Assembly (NCBI RefSeq): GCF_051195015.1
Contig: NZ_JBNTJU010000006.1
Coordinates: 98,720-130,719, forward strand
DNA length: 32,000 nucleotides
Direction of reading: 5' to 3'
Source of the DNA: Halococcus sp. AFM35
GTDB lineage: Archaea > Halobacteriota > Halobacteria > Halobacteriales > Halococcaceae
In this document: piece after piece, positions 10,194 to 19,744 of the stretch
Layout of the letters: the number at the start of each line of letters is the position of its first letter
How positions within the stretch are numbered: position 1 is the first letter of the stretch
Notes under the pieces: generated by a model
Seen by the model: the letters and a program-made list of their open reading frames with translations, nothing else
The model's database searches: none
Told to the model about the DNA's origin: nothing
Program-made: the position numbers and the translations under genes

Positions 10194-10484
10194 CGGTCGC
10201 GGCGGTTGCTGCCGCGGTGCGGTCGCCACGGCGGCTGCGGTGCTGTGCGGAACGGTGGCTGTGGCGGAGCGTCGATGACTGTGTCGCGGGGTGCGAGCGG
10301 GCTGCGGAATCCCCAAGCCAGCGGGGTAGTGACGCCGGCTTTTGCCAGCGATGGGTCGCCGAAGAGGAGTCGGAGTCGTCCGAGACGGGGCCGTCTCGTG
10401 ATGCCGAAAACGCCCTGCATCTTCGAGCACGCAGCAAAAGTCGGGAATCAATAGGTAGTTAAACCATCCTTCCATACCCCGGGC

Positions 10485-11069
10485 ATGGTCGAGGTATTCG
10501 GGCTGTCGATAGGCGTCCTCTTGGTGGTGGTGATGGTGGCGTTGCACTTCTCGTCTGGCACCGAGCGGACCATCCCGGACGATATCTCCCAGTCGGTCCT
10601 CGAACGGCGTGCCGAGAGCGTGCCGGAGACGAACTTCCCCGAGCCGATGAACCGCTCCATCGGGGGCGGAGCAGCCCCGGCCGGGGCGGTCGGCGGCGAG
10701 GGCGAGGCCGAAGGCGAACTCGGCGAGGGCGGCGAAAGCGAAGAATCGTCGAGTCCGGCGGACATCCCCGACGACGAGGCCGAGGTCTTCGAAATCAACT
10801 ACGAGAAGGAAGGCGAGACCCTCGAAGTACCCGAAAACCAGACACTGCTCGAAGCTGGCGAAGAGCAGGGCTGGGACCTGCCCTACGCCTGTCGGGCCGG
10901 CCAGTGTCTCTCCTGTGGCGGCCACGTCGCCGACGGTCCCTCCGAGGACTATCTCACCCACGACGGCCAGGAGATGCTCGACGAGGACGAACTCGGCGAC
11001 GGCTACACGCTGACCTGTGTTGCCTACCCGACCGCCGACATGACGCTCGAAACGAACGAGACGCCCTGA
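10485..11069 (+). CDS. Membrane-anchored plant-type 2Fe-2S ferredoxin
   Basis: N-terminal hydrophobic helix FGLSIGVLLVVVMVALHF, Gly/Glu/Ser linker, then CRAGQCLSCGGHVADG...LTCVAYP ligands. Confidence 0.9.
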   Translation: MVEVFGLSIGVLLVVVMVALHFSSGTERTIPDDISQSVLERRAESVPETNFPEPMNRSIGGGAAPAGAVGGEGEAEGELGEGGESEESSSPADIPDDEAEVFEINYEKEGETLEVPENQTLLEAGEEQGWDLPYACRAGQCLSCGGHVADGPSEDYLTHDGQEMLDEDELGDGYTLTCVAYPTADMTLETNETP

Positions 11070-11117
11070 GCGGACTTTCACAACGCCTAAACCACCGACC
11101 TCCCTGTCCGTTTCCGT

Positions 11118-11190
11118 GGGCGCGTAGCTCAGTGGATAGAGTTCTTGGTTCCGGACCAAGACGTCGCGGGTTCAAATCCCGTCGCGCCCG
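11118..11190 (+). tRNA. tRNA-Arg (anticodon CCG)
   Basis: GGGCGCG acceptor pairs CGCGCCC, anticodon arm CTTGG-TTCCGGA-CCAAG gives CCG, T-arm GCGGG-TTCAAAT-CCCGT, discriminator G. 73 nt cloverleaf. Confidence 0.95.
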
Positions 11191-11289
11191 TGAGCGAGGA
11201 ACGGAATCGTTCGAGACGGCGAAGCCGTCTCGTGATGACGAGCGAACCGGCACGCGGATTTGAATCAGGGAGTGGCGCGAAGCGACCGT

Positions 11290-11311
11290 GGTTCAAATCC
11301 CGTCGCGCCCG
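11290..11311 (+). repeat. Partial duplicate of the tRNA-Arg 3' end (possible att-site scar)
   Basis: GGTTCAAATCCCGTCGCGCCCG is identical to tRNA positions 11169-11190, exactly 121 bp downstream. Confidence 0.85.
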
Positions 11312-11360
11312 CTCGTCCGGTGAAGCGACGCCCTTTTGCACTCTGACTGAATAGTCAGTT

Positions 11361-11966
11361 ATGATGAGTGCGGACACCGACCGCAGCGAGACGGAGGCCG
11401 AAATCATGGAGGCGACGTACCGGGCGCTGTGTGAACACGGGTATGCCGACCTCACGATTCAGACGATTGCCGACGAGTTCGACAAGAGCAAATCACTCTT
11501 GTACTATCATTACGACACGAAAGACGAAATCCTCATCGCCTTCCTCGACTATCTGCTCGACCAGTTCACCGTCGAGGACGCGGTCGAGGGGGGCGATAGC
11601 CCGGACGAGCAGTTGCGCGCGCTCGTCGAACAGTTCCTACCCCTGTCACCGTCCGACGAACAGCGGGAGTTCCAGCTCGCGCTGTTCGAGCTGCGCTCGC
11701 GGGCGCTCTCGAAGCCAGCCTACCGCGAGCAGTTCACTCGCGTCGACCGTCTCATCCACGACGCCTTCGTCGACGTGCTCGCGGCCGGTATCGAGGATGG
11801 GACCTTCCATGCGGTCGATGTCGACGAGACGGCTGCGCTGCTGGTCTCGACGGTCACTGGTGCGATGTTGCGCCGCGTGACCGCCGACAGGGACGTCACC
11901 ACCCCCACCCGTGCGGCCGTCGCTACGTTCCTCGATTCGTTGGTGGTCGATACCGAGGAAGACTGA
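11361..11966 (+). CDS. TetR/AcrR family transcriptional regulator
   Basis: EIMEATYRALCEHGYADLTIQTIADEFDKSKSLLYYHYDTKDEILIAFLDYLL. Confidence 0.93.
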   Translation: MMSADTDRSETEAEIMEATYRALCEHGYADLTIQTIADEFDKSKSLLYYHYDTKDEILIAFLDYLLDQFTVEDAVEGGDSPDEQLRALVEQFLPLSPSDEQREFQLALFELRSRALSKPAYREQFTRVDRLIHDAFVDVLAAGIEDGTFHAVDVDETAALLVSTVTGAMLRRVTADRDVTTPTRAAVATFLDSLVVDTEED

Positions 11967-12047
11967 CGGGATCTGTCGCTCACTCGGGTGACCGTTCGCA
12001 GTGCGGTCGTCCGATACCCTCAAACCACAGCCCCACCGGTGTCCGGT

Positions 12048-14492
12048 ATGGAGTTCCACGAGGCGGCAAACTTCCTCTTCGGGCTGCGTCGGTATCCGCC
12101 ACGACCGGGACTGGACGCGACGGCGGATCTCCTTTCGTATCTCGACGACCCACACGACGGGGTGACGTTCGTTCAGATCGCCGGCTCGAACGGCAAGGGA
12201 AGCACCGCGAGACTGCTCGAATCGGTGCTTCGGGAGGCGGGTCTCGACGTCGGTCTCTACACCTCGCCACATCTCGACTCCGTCCGCGAACGCGTCCGCG
12301 TCAACGACCGCATGTTGTCCGAGAGCGCACTCACCGAGTACGTCGAGACCGTCAGACCATACGTCCTCGACCGGGCGGCCGCCGGCGAGTCGCCCACCTT
12401 CTTCGAGGTTGTCACCGGGATGGCACTGTGGGAGTTCCAGCGGCAGTCGGTCGACGTCGCCGTGCTCGAAGTCGGTCTCGGCGGGCGCTACGACGCGACC
12501 AGCGTCGTCGAGCCGGTGGCGAGTGCCGTCACCAGCGTCGCGCTCGAACACACCGACACCCTCGGCGACACAGTAGCGGAGATCGGGCGCGATATGGCCA
12601 CCGTCGCACCCCGGCGGAACGAACTCGTGACCGCCGCGACCGGCGACGCGCGCGCGGCAATCACAGAAAGTGTCGACGACGCACTGACAGTCGGCCCGGA
12701 CGGTGACATAGCAGTGCACTACGACGGACGGGTGGATATCGAGAGCGCCATCGGGCTTTCGGGCAATGACTGGCGTCTCGAAACACGGCTCTCGTTGCTG
12801 GGTGCGCATCAGGCGAACAACGCCGGCGTCGCGACGGCACTTGCCCGACAGGTCGCCGACGAGTTCGCCATCGACCTCGATGAGGAGACCCTCGCCGCCG
12901 GGCTGCGTGGGGCGTACTGGCCCGGCCGTTTCGAGGTGCTCGAACGCGATCCATTGGTGGTGCTCGACGGTGCACACAACCCCGGCGCGTGCGAGCGCCT
13001 CGCCGACACCTTGGGCGAGTTCGACTTCGAGGACCTCCATCTGGTCTTCGGCGCGCTCGCCGACAAGGACCATCGGAGAATGGCCGACGCGCTCCCCACG
13101 CCCGAGCACGTCGTCGCCTGCCGGCCGGACGTCCCGCGCGCCGAGGACAACGCGGTTCTCGCGGACGTCTTCGAGGAGAGTCACGTCGAGACCCGCAGCG
13201 ACGTCACGGATGCGCTCCGAGCCGCGATGAAGGAAGCCAGTTCCGACGACTGCGTGCTCGTCTGTGGCTCGCTCTATACGGTGCGCGAGGCGCGAACGCG
13301 CTGGAGCCGCCTCGACGTGCCCAAAGCAATCGACGGACTCGACGATGCGCGCCGCGCGCTCGAAAACACCCACGTCACCGACGCGGGGACCTACCGGATG
13401 CGCGGCAAAGCCGTCCATCGGGCGCTGAAGACCCGCGTGCGCCCGCGACAGGCCCAATATCTCAAGGAGGAACTCCTCTCGCTCGGCGGCGAGTGCGCTC
13501 TTTCAGGACTCAACGACCAAGACGAGGAGTATCTCGACGTGCTCATGCTGGGGACGCTCGCGCAGTTCAAACGCCTCTCCGAGAAACTCGCCGCCCAGCC
13601 CTATGGACTGGAGCCGCTCGCCGACGGGGTTCGGGAGGCGCTCTCGATAGGCGTCGAGTCCGACTCCCGTGGCTACCCGTGGGAGGAGGGGACGGCGGTG
13701 ATGGGTATCCTCAACGTGACGCCCGACAGCTTCCACGACGGCGGCGAGTTCAACAGTATCGAGACTGCGGTCCGGCGGGCCGAGGCGATGGTCGAGGAAG
13801 GGGTGGACATCATCGACGTGGGCGGTGAGAGCACCCGTCCCGGCGCGGAACCGGTCTCGGCCGACGAAGAGCGCGAGCGCGTGGTGCCCGTCATCGAGCG
13901 CATCAGCGAGTTCGATGCCCTGATTGCGGTCGACACCCGGAAGGCGGCGGTCGCGCGCGCAGCACTCGACGCCGGTGCAGACATCGTGAACGACGTTTCC
14001 GGATTGGCGGACCCCGAGATGCGCTTCGTCGCCGCCGAGTACGACTGCCCGCTGGTCGTGATGCACAGCATCGATACGCCCGTGGACCCCGATTCGACCC
14101 CCGAATACGACGACGTGGTCGAGGATACCATCCGCGAGCTACGCGAGCGCGTGCTGCTCGCCGAGAAGGCGGGTCTCGATAGGAGAAAAATCATCGTCGA
14201 CCCCGGTATCGGCTTCGGAAAGGACAGGAAAGAGAACTTCGCAATCCTCGGTCGGCTGGGCGAGTTCGACGCGCTCGACTGCCCGATTCTGTTCGGCCAC
14301 TCGCACAAGTCGATGTTCGACCTCGTCGGCAGCGAGGACGAGCGCCTACCAGCGACGGTGGCCGCGAGCGCGCTGGCCGCCGAGCGCGGTGCGGACATCG
14401 TGCGCGTTCACGACGTGGCCGAAAACGTCGCCGCCGTGGGCGTCAGCGAGGCGGCAACGGCCCCGAACGAGTTCGACAGCTCGGACGATTAG
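12048..14492 (+). CDS. folCP: Bifunctional folylpolyglutamate synthase / dihydropteroate synthase (FolC-FolP fusion)
   Basis: FolC part: [39 protein letters not shown] and [17 protein letters not shown]. FolP part: [42 protein letters not shown]. Confidence 0.94.
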   Translation: MEFHEAANFLFGLRRYPPRPGLDATADLLSYLDDPHDGVTFVQIAGSNGKGSTARLLESVLREAGLDVGLYTSPHLDSVRERVRVNDRMLSESALTEYVETVRPYVLDRAAAGESPTFFEVVTGMALWEFQRQSVDVAVLEVGLGGRYDATSVVEPVASAVTSVALEHTDTLGDTVAEIGRDMATVAPRRNELVTAATGDARAAITESVDDALTVGPDGDIAVHYDGRVDIESAIGLSGNDWRLETRLSLLGAHQANNAGVATALARQVADEFAIDLDEETLAAGLRGAYWPGRFEVLERDPLVVLDGAHNPGACERLADTLGEFDFEDLHLVFGALADKDHRRMADALPTPEHVVACRPDVPRAEDNAVLADVFEESHVETRSDVTDALRAAMKEASSDDCVLVCGSLYTVREARTRWSRLDVPKAIDGLDDARRALENTHVTDAGTYRMRGKAVHRALKTRVRPRQAQYLKEELLSLGGECALSGLNDQDEEYLDVLMLGTLAQFKRLSEKLAAQPYGLEPLADGVREALSIGVESDSRGYPWEEGTAVMGILNVTPDSFHDGGEFNSIETAVRRAEAMVEEGVDIIDVGGESTRPGAEPVSADEERERVVPVIERISEFDALIAVDTRKAAVARAALDAGADIVNDVSGLADPEMRFVAAEYDCPLVVMHSIDTPVDPDSTPEYDDVVEDTIRELRERVLLAEKAGLDRRKIIVDPGIGFGKDRKENFAILGRLGEFDALDCPILFGHSHKSMFDLVGSEDERLPATVAASALAAERGADIVRVHDVAENVAAVGVSEAATAPNEFDSSDD

Positions 14493-15472
14493 GTCGCTGT
14501 GGTGGTTGTTGACTCCGCCGTCGCAGTCGTCGTCACGGTTTCGGTTGCAGTGTCCGTTGCCGTGGTCGTTGCGGCTGCGATGACGGTCGAGGTATCGGTT
14601 GCGGTGGGCGATTGCGTCGCGGTTGCTGTCGGCTCCGGCGTAACCGTTGTCATCGGCTGACGCTCCGTCGATAGCCCCGTTGACGGTTCCGTTTCAGCGG
14701 TCGTCGGCGACTCGGTTGGCGTGTCCGTCGCGGTCTCGATGGCTGTTGGCGTCGGCGTCTCCGTGGCCGTCACTGGTGTCGTCGTGGTCGTCGAAGAACT
14801 CGTCGCGGTTGTCGTCTCGGATTCCGTCGTCGATTCATCGCTCGGCGGTGCGGTGGTCGTCTCCGTCGTACTCTGTGTGTCCGTCTCCGAGGGTGGCGGC
14901 GTATCGGTCGGCGTTGGCGTGGCGGTCGGTGTCGGCGTTTCGGTCTCGGTAGGCGTTCGCGTGGGTGTCTCGGTCGGCGTTTCGGTTTCTTCCGGCGTAG
15001 CAGTCGGCGTTGGCGTTGCGGTGTCCGCCGGTTCTGCAGTGTCGGTTTCGGTTGCCGTCGGCGTCGCGGTCGCCGTTTCGGTTGGCGTTTGCGTGTCGGT
15101 CTCGGTCGACGTATCGGTTGACGTTTCGGTCGCCGTAGCCGTCGGCATTGCTGTGGCGGTCGGTGTTGCTGTCGCAGTCGGCGTCGGCGTTTCGGTCGCC
15201 GTCGAAGTCGACTGGGCGGTCGTCGCGGTGGCGTTTGCGGTGGTCGGGATGGCCGTCGTGTTGTTCGCCGGGGCGGCCCCCACGCCGGAGCGGTCGGCGT
15301 CGGCCGGACCGTTCGGGCTGCCCCCGAGATAGTCAGTGACGAGAAACCCCACACCGGCGAGCAAGACGAGCACGACCACGACGCCGACGGCCGGTGCTAG
15401 CCACTTCTCGACGTTCGAGAGGCCCTCGCGGTCGAGCAGCCCCGAATCCGATTCCGGCCCCGGTTCGATCAC
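14489..15472 (-). CDS. Membrane-anchored Thr/Pro/Ser-rich low-complexity (mucin-like) protein
   Basis: Single N-terminal TM helix [22 protein letters not shown], then about 270 aa of [17 protein letters not shown]-like sequence. Its stop overlaps the folCP stop on the other strand. Confidence 0.7.
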   Translation of the reverse strand: MIEPGPESDSGLLDREGLSNVEKWLAPAVGVVVVLVLLAGVGFLVTDYLGGSPNGPADADRSGVGAAPANNTTAIPTTANATATTAQSTSTATETPTPTATATPTATAMPTATATETSTDTSTETDTQTPTETATATPTATETDTAEPADTATPTPTATPEETETPTETPTRTPTETETPTPTATPTPTDTPPPSETDTQSTTETTTAPPSDESTTESETTTATSSSTTTTTPVTATETPTPTAIETATDTPTESPTTAETEPSTGLSTERQPMTTVTPEPTATATQSPTATDTSTVIAAATTTATDTATETVTTTATAESTTTTAT

Positions 15473-15852
15473 GGTCGCCGTCGATAGGAGCCGTTGCCTT
15501 ATCTGTCTTGTCCGTTCGTTTACTGGTAATGTGGTGACGCTTTCGCGGTGAGAATAGATCTGGTTATCTCATCCGAAGGGATCTGTCCCCGACAGCGGTG
15601 GCGAGGTCGAACAGGTCGTCGCGCGTCGGCGAACAGGTCGTCCCCGTCGAGACCTGAGTTTCGACGGCGAGGGCCACGGCATCGTCAAGCGCGACGACCC
15701 CATTGCAGCTACACCGCAATCACCGAATCCCCGACGAACACGTCCGAGTGGGCCGCCAAATCGGGATGAAATCGGGCAAAACGGCGTGAAACGAGTTCAC
15801 ACGAGGCTGAACGAACCTCCGGCTTTATTGTGAGTCGATACCGTGTGGAGAT

Positions 15853-16362
15853 ATGGACGACGCCGAACGGTCAGAACAGTGGGTGACGAACCAGCTCGAC
15901 CGGCTGGAGGACACCTATGGCTCAGCACCGGTCCACCAGCTCGGTTGGACCGTGCCTGCGGGGCGCTACGAGCGGGCGGCCGACGCCGAGGAGACCGAGC
16001 GAGCGGCAGCGGGCGTACACGTGACGAACGATGCCGAGGAGGTGTTGCTGGTTCGCGACCGCGGTGGCGAGTGGGCCTGTCCGCGCGGGCCGGTCGAGAC
16101 CGGCGAATCGCTCGAAGCGGGAGCCAAACGCAACGTGCGCGAGGCGACCGGCATCGCCTGTACCATCGAATCCGTCGAGCGGGTCACCATCGTCGGCATC
16201 GGCGACGAGACCGACCGCGAGCGCCCACAGATATACTGTCTCGTCGTGCGCTTCGTCGGCTCGTGCGGTCCCGACGAGCGCGTCGAGTGTACCGAAAGTC
16301 CCGTACGGTGGCGCAGTAGCCGCCCGACCGACCGCCTCGATGCGGGCGTGCTGGCCATCTGA
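15853..16362 (+). CDS. NUDIX-like hydrolase domain protein with degenerate Nudix box
   Basis: GVHVTNDAEEVLLVRDRGGEWACPRGPVETGESLEAGAKRNVREATGIAC. Confidence 0.78.
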   Translation: MDDAERSEQWVTNQLDRLEDTYGSAPVHQLGWTVPAGRYERAADAEETERAAAGVHVTNDAEEVLLVRDRGGEWACPRGPVETGESLEAGAKRNVREATGIACTIESVERVTIVGIGDETDRERPQIYCLVVRFVGSCGPDERVECTESPVRWRSSRPTDRLDAGVLAI

Positions 16363-16406
16363 ATCGAGAGACAGATACATGGCCACCGGGAGCCTATCGG
16401 CGGCGA

Positions 16407-17174
16407 ATGGTTCGTTCGCTGCTGCGGGGGGTCGGATGGCTGCTTTCGGTCCTCGTTCGCGTCGCGTTCGTGCTCGCGGTCGTCGCTTTCGCCGCCAGCT
16501 TCGCCCTCGGCGGTCTGCCAGCCGATACGGGAGTGGACGAGGTGCTCGGCGACCTCGGTGTCTCCTCCGATGTCGGTGATATCGACGCGCTCGGCGATGC
16601 CGGCGGTGGAGGCATTGGTGGTATCTCCGATGTGGGCATACAGAACGATACCGACGCGAGCGACGCGCCGACCGTTCCGGCGTCGAGCACGGCCGAACTC
16701 AACGGAACGGAACTCGAATATCTCGTCCATCGGTATGTCAACGCCGAGCGCGCCGAGCGCGGAAAATCCAATTTGACCTTCGACACCGACCTCCGGGCGG
16801 TCGCACGCTATCACAGCGCCGACATGGCGAATCGGAGCTACTTCTCGCATGTGGGTCCCGACGGCGAGACGCTCGCTGACCGCTACCGCCGGTTCGACTA
16901 CCAGTGTCGCGTCAAAACCGGAACCTTCCAGTACGCGACCGGCGGCGAGAACATCCTCTACACCTACTACGACGCGCCGGTTGCGATGGGCAATCGGACA
17001 GTCGAGTACGATTCACCCGAGGAACTCGCTCGCGGCATCGTCAACGGCTGGATGAATTCGACGAGCCACCGGAAGAACCTGCTCAAACCCTACTGGGAGC
17101 GCGAGGCCATCGGCATCCACATCGAACGGGTCGACGGCCGGACCCGGGTGTACGCAACCCAGAACTTCTGTTGA
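16407..17174 (+). CDS. CAP-domain (SCP/PR1-like) membrane-anchored or secreted protein
   Basis: Signal/TM at the N-terminus, then VHRYVNAERAERGKSNLTFDTDLRAVARYHSADMANRSYFSHVGPDGETLADR... and WMNSTSHRKNLLKPYWEREAIGIH. Confidence 0.9.
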   Translation: MVRSLLRGVGWLLSVLVRVAFVLAVVAFAASFALGGLPADTGVDEVLGDLGVSSDVGDIDALGDAGGGGIGGISDVGIQNDTDASDAPTVPASSTAELNGTELEYLVHRYVNAERAERGKSNLTFDTDLRAVARYHSADMANRSYFSHVGPDGETLADRYRRFDYQCRVKTGTFQYATGGENILYTYYDAPVAMGNRTVEYDSPEELARGIVNGWMNSTSHRKNLLKPYWEREAIGIHIERVDGRTRVYATQNFC

Positions 17175-17216
17175 ACCGACCACAAACGGTATGTGGTCCG
17201 TCCTCGCAGTCCGCGC

Positions 17217-17357
17217 ATGGTCAGTCGTTCGACGTGGTTGATACTCGTCGGTGTCGTCCTGCTCTTCCTACCCGTCCCACCCATTCTGAGCGCCGTTGCC
17301 GGTGTGGGTGTCATCATCGCGGGCGTGGCGCTCCGGTTCGTCGGCGACGACAACTGA
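17217..17357 (+). CDS. Small hydrophobic membrane protein (46 aa)
   Basis: Read manually (absent from the ORF track): MVSRSTWLILVGVVLLFLPVPPILSAVAGVGVIIAGVALRFVGDDN*. Fits between two genes without overlap. Confidence 0.6.
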   Translation: MVSRSTWLILVGVVLLFLPVPPILSAVAGVGVIIAGVALRFVGDDN

Positions 17358-17361
17358 GGGT

Positions 17362-19725
17362 TCAGTCGGGCCGCGCGTGACCGTCCCAGAACCCACTCAA
17401 CTGGGAATCGAGAAACATCGGCGTCATCGTGCGCCACTCGTCGCGTTCGGCGGGCGGAAGGTACTCGTACACCGACCGGGGTGCGTCGGGCGTGTAGCGC
17501 TCGTCGATGAGGGCGCGCACTCCGACCTCTTCGGGACCCCTGATGACCCGTCCGATGGCCTGTCGCGCGCGGCGCACGGCGGGCACCGTGAGCGCGTACT
17601 CGAAGGCGCGCTCCTCGCCGAAGGCCGCACCGTAGGCCCGCCGCACCGCTCGAATCCGCGGTGAGGCGACGTTCACGAGTGGGACGCCGACGACCGCACA
17701 CGCGCTGAGTTTTTCGCCGTCGTAATCGACGCCCTCGGTGAGCGTCCCGCGTGTGGAGGTGACGAGGACCTTCCCGTTGCCGGCGAAAAACTCCCGTTTG
17801 AGTTTCTCCGTCTGTTCGTCGCTCGATGGCTCGTCGCGGAGGACGGGTTTCGCCACCGCATCGGCGAGCCGGTCGTGCGCCCACGCGGCCTCGCGGTAGC
17901 TCGGCATACAGACCAGTACGTTGCCCGGGCTGCGGACGAGTTCCCGGAGCGCGTAGGCGTAGGTCTCGCGGACCTCGCTCTCGCCGTCGGGCGGTCCGCG
18001 ATTGCGTGCGGTGAAGGCTGGTGCGTCGACGATCCAACTCGCACGGTTGTCTTCGGGATAGGTGAGGTCATAGGTCCGTGTGGCGATGGGTCGCTCCTCT
18101 TCGCCTTCGTCGCCGTTCTCGACGAGGCGGTCGAGACCCACACACTCTCGGAGAACGTCCATCGGTTCGAGCGTGGCGCTCATCAACACGCCCCCGCCGA
18201 GGTCGCCGAATCGCTCGCGGAGGTCTTCGGCCGGAAGACAGTCGTAGCAGACCAGTCCTGCGGTGTATTCGCTCTCCCAGCCATCGACGTGCTCGCGGTC
18301 GGTCCGCGAGAGGGTGATTTCCCGGAAGTAGCTCGCGTGGTCGCGCGTCCACCATCGGGTCACGAGTCGGCCGACGTCGCCACAGACTGTCGAGCGTTCG
18401 GGGCTGAGCGTGTCGAGGGCGTCCGCGACGGCCGCACCCACAGTATGGAGGGATTTACAGAACGCGGGCGAATACTGCTCGTTCGCCCATTCTGAGAATT
18501 CGTCACTTTCGTCGGTTTCGGGGTCTCGAAGCGGGATTTCGATGTCGTCGGGCAGTCGCCCCTGTTCGGCTGCACGGTCGAGGTCGCCGTATTCATCCCC
18601 GAGATACCGCTCGACGCGGCGGTCGAGCCAGTCGATGGTGTCGTCGAAGAACGCGCTCGCTCGTTGGAGGTCCTCAGTCGAAACCTCGTAGGTGGCGAGC
18701 TGTGTGGCGACCTCCTCGCGGTGGTCGCGCGATTGGCCCGCGAGCGTGCGGAGATGGGAAATATCGTTTCGCGCGCGCCGGAGCGACTGGATGCCCATGC
18801 GGTCGCTCAGGAGGTCCCGGACGCGCCCTTCGAGTCTGTGGGCCTCGTCGACGATGACGAACGTGCGCTCGTCCACCACGCCGTCGGTGAGCGCGCGCGT
18901 TCGGGGGTCGAACAGATGGTTGTAGTTGCCCACCACCACGTCGGCATCGTCGAGCAGCGTCCCCATCGCGCGGTGTGGGCAGGTTCCCGCCGGAACGGCA
19001 CCGGCGAGCAGTTCGTCGGTGGTGACGACGTGGTGTTCGTCGTCGGCGAAGTCAACAGGTGAAGATTTCTCGCGGGCGTACCAGTCGGCCTCGAACGGAC
19101 AGTAGGGCTGGTCACCCTCGTTGAGCGAGTCCGGGGCAGTCGGCCGTGCAGTGGGGTAGGGTGCCGTCTGGTCGGCCGTTGCGAGGTTGTCGTCGAGCGT
19201 GCGCCACGAGTCGGCATCGGTGCGAGCCTCGGCGACGAGTTCGCCCGCACGGGCGCTGTCCCACCAGACGTCACCACCGCCGTCGTGGGCGACCAGTCCG
19301 GCGGTGTTCTCCCGGAGGTCCTCGCAGGCGTCCTGTGTGCCCCGGTCGAACGCGCCGGCGCGCTCGTAGGGACAGAGGTCGGGTTTACCGACGAGAGCGA
19401 GTCCGGCAAACGGGTCCTCACGGTCGGCGTTGATGGTCCGCAGGTCCTCGATGAACTGCCGGCGCTGCTGTTTGACCGGCGTCACGACGAGGACGTTGTC
19501 GTAGCGGTCGCTCTCCCGCAGCAGCGTCCCGGCGGCGGTGAGCGCGGCCATCGTCTTGCCCGTGCCACAGGCTCCCTCCATGACGAGATAGCCGCCCTCG
19601 GCCCCCGTCTCGATGGCCGTCTCGATGGCGTCGGCTTGGCTGTCGTAAGGCTGCTCGTAGCCGAACAGCGTGCGCCAACTCGACTCCCCCCCGTGGGTGG
19701 CTGCGGCGGATTCCTTACCGCTCAT
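17362..19725 (-). CDS. Rad3/XPD/DinG-type ATP-dependent DNA helicase with probable Fe-S cluster
   Basis: Walker A EGACGTGKT, DEAH box VIVDEAHRLEGRV, multiple Cys (CPYERAGAF, YCPFEADWY, CPHRAMG), GGVLMSATLEPMD and VIGRVIRGPEEVGVRALIDER. Confidence 0.9.
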   Translation of the reverse strand: MSGKESAAATHGGESSWRTLFGYEQPYDSQADAIETAIETGAEGGYLVMEGACGTGKTMAALTAAGTLLRESDRYDNVLVVTPVKQQRRQFIEDLRTINADREDPFAGLALVGKPDLCPYERAGAFDRGTQDACEDLRENTAGLVAHDGGGDVWWDSARAGELVAEARTDADSWRTLDDNLATADQTAPYPTARPTAPDSLNEGDQPYCPFEADWYAREKSSPVDFADDEHHVVTTDELLAGAVPAGTCPHRAMGTLLDDADVVVGNYNHLFDPRTRALTDGVVDERTFVIVDEAHRLEGRVRDLLSDRMGIQSLRRARNDISHLRTLAGQSRDHREEVATQLATYEVSTEDLQRASAFFDDTIDWLDRRVERYLGDEYGDLDRAAEQGRLPDDIEIPLRDPETDESDEFSEWANEQYSPAFCKSLHTVGAAVADALDTLSPERSTVCGDVGRLVTRWWTRDHASYFREITLSRTDREHVDGWESEYTAGLVCYDCLPAEDLRERFGDLGGGVLMSATLEPMDVLRECVGLDRLVENGDEGEEERPIATRTYDLTYPEDNRASWIVDAPAFTARNRGPPDGESEVRETYAYALRELVRSPGNVLVCMPSYREAAWAHDRLADAVAKPVLRDEPSSDEQTEKLKREFFAGNGKVLVTSTRGTLTEGVDYDGEKLSACAVVGVPLVNVASPRIRAVRRAYGAAFGEERAFEYALTVPAVRRARQAIGRVIRGPEEVGVRALIDERYTPDAPRSVYEYLPPAERDEWRTMTPMFLDSQLSGFWDGHARPD

Positions 19726-19744
19726 CGGTCATGGTCGGAGTTGT

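Noticed and set aside
11129-11455. 108 aa minus-strand ORF with ...ATGFEPATSWSGTKNSIH
   Set aside because: Antisense translation across tRNA-Arg and its duplicated 3' end, a well-known spurious protein pattern from tRNA genes.
11646-13457. 603 aa minus-strand ORF
   Set aside because: Antisense to the TetR regulator and FolC part of folCP, both with strong motifs on the plus strand.
14721-15332. 203 aa plus-strand ORF of Val/Gly/Ser repeats ([19 protein letters not shown]...)
   Set aside because: Exact complement of the Thr/Pro-rich tract. It has no start context and arises from the simple-sequence nature of the DNA, although either strand remains formally possible.
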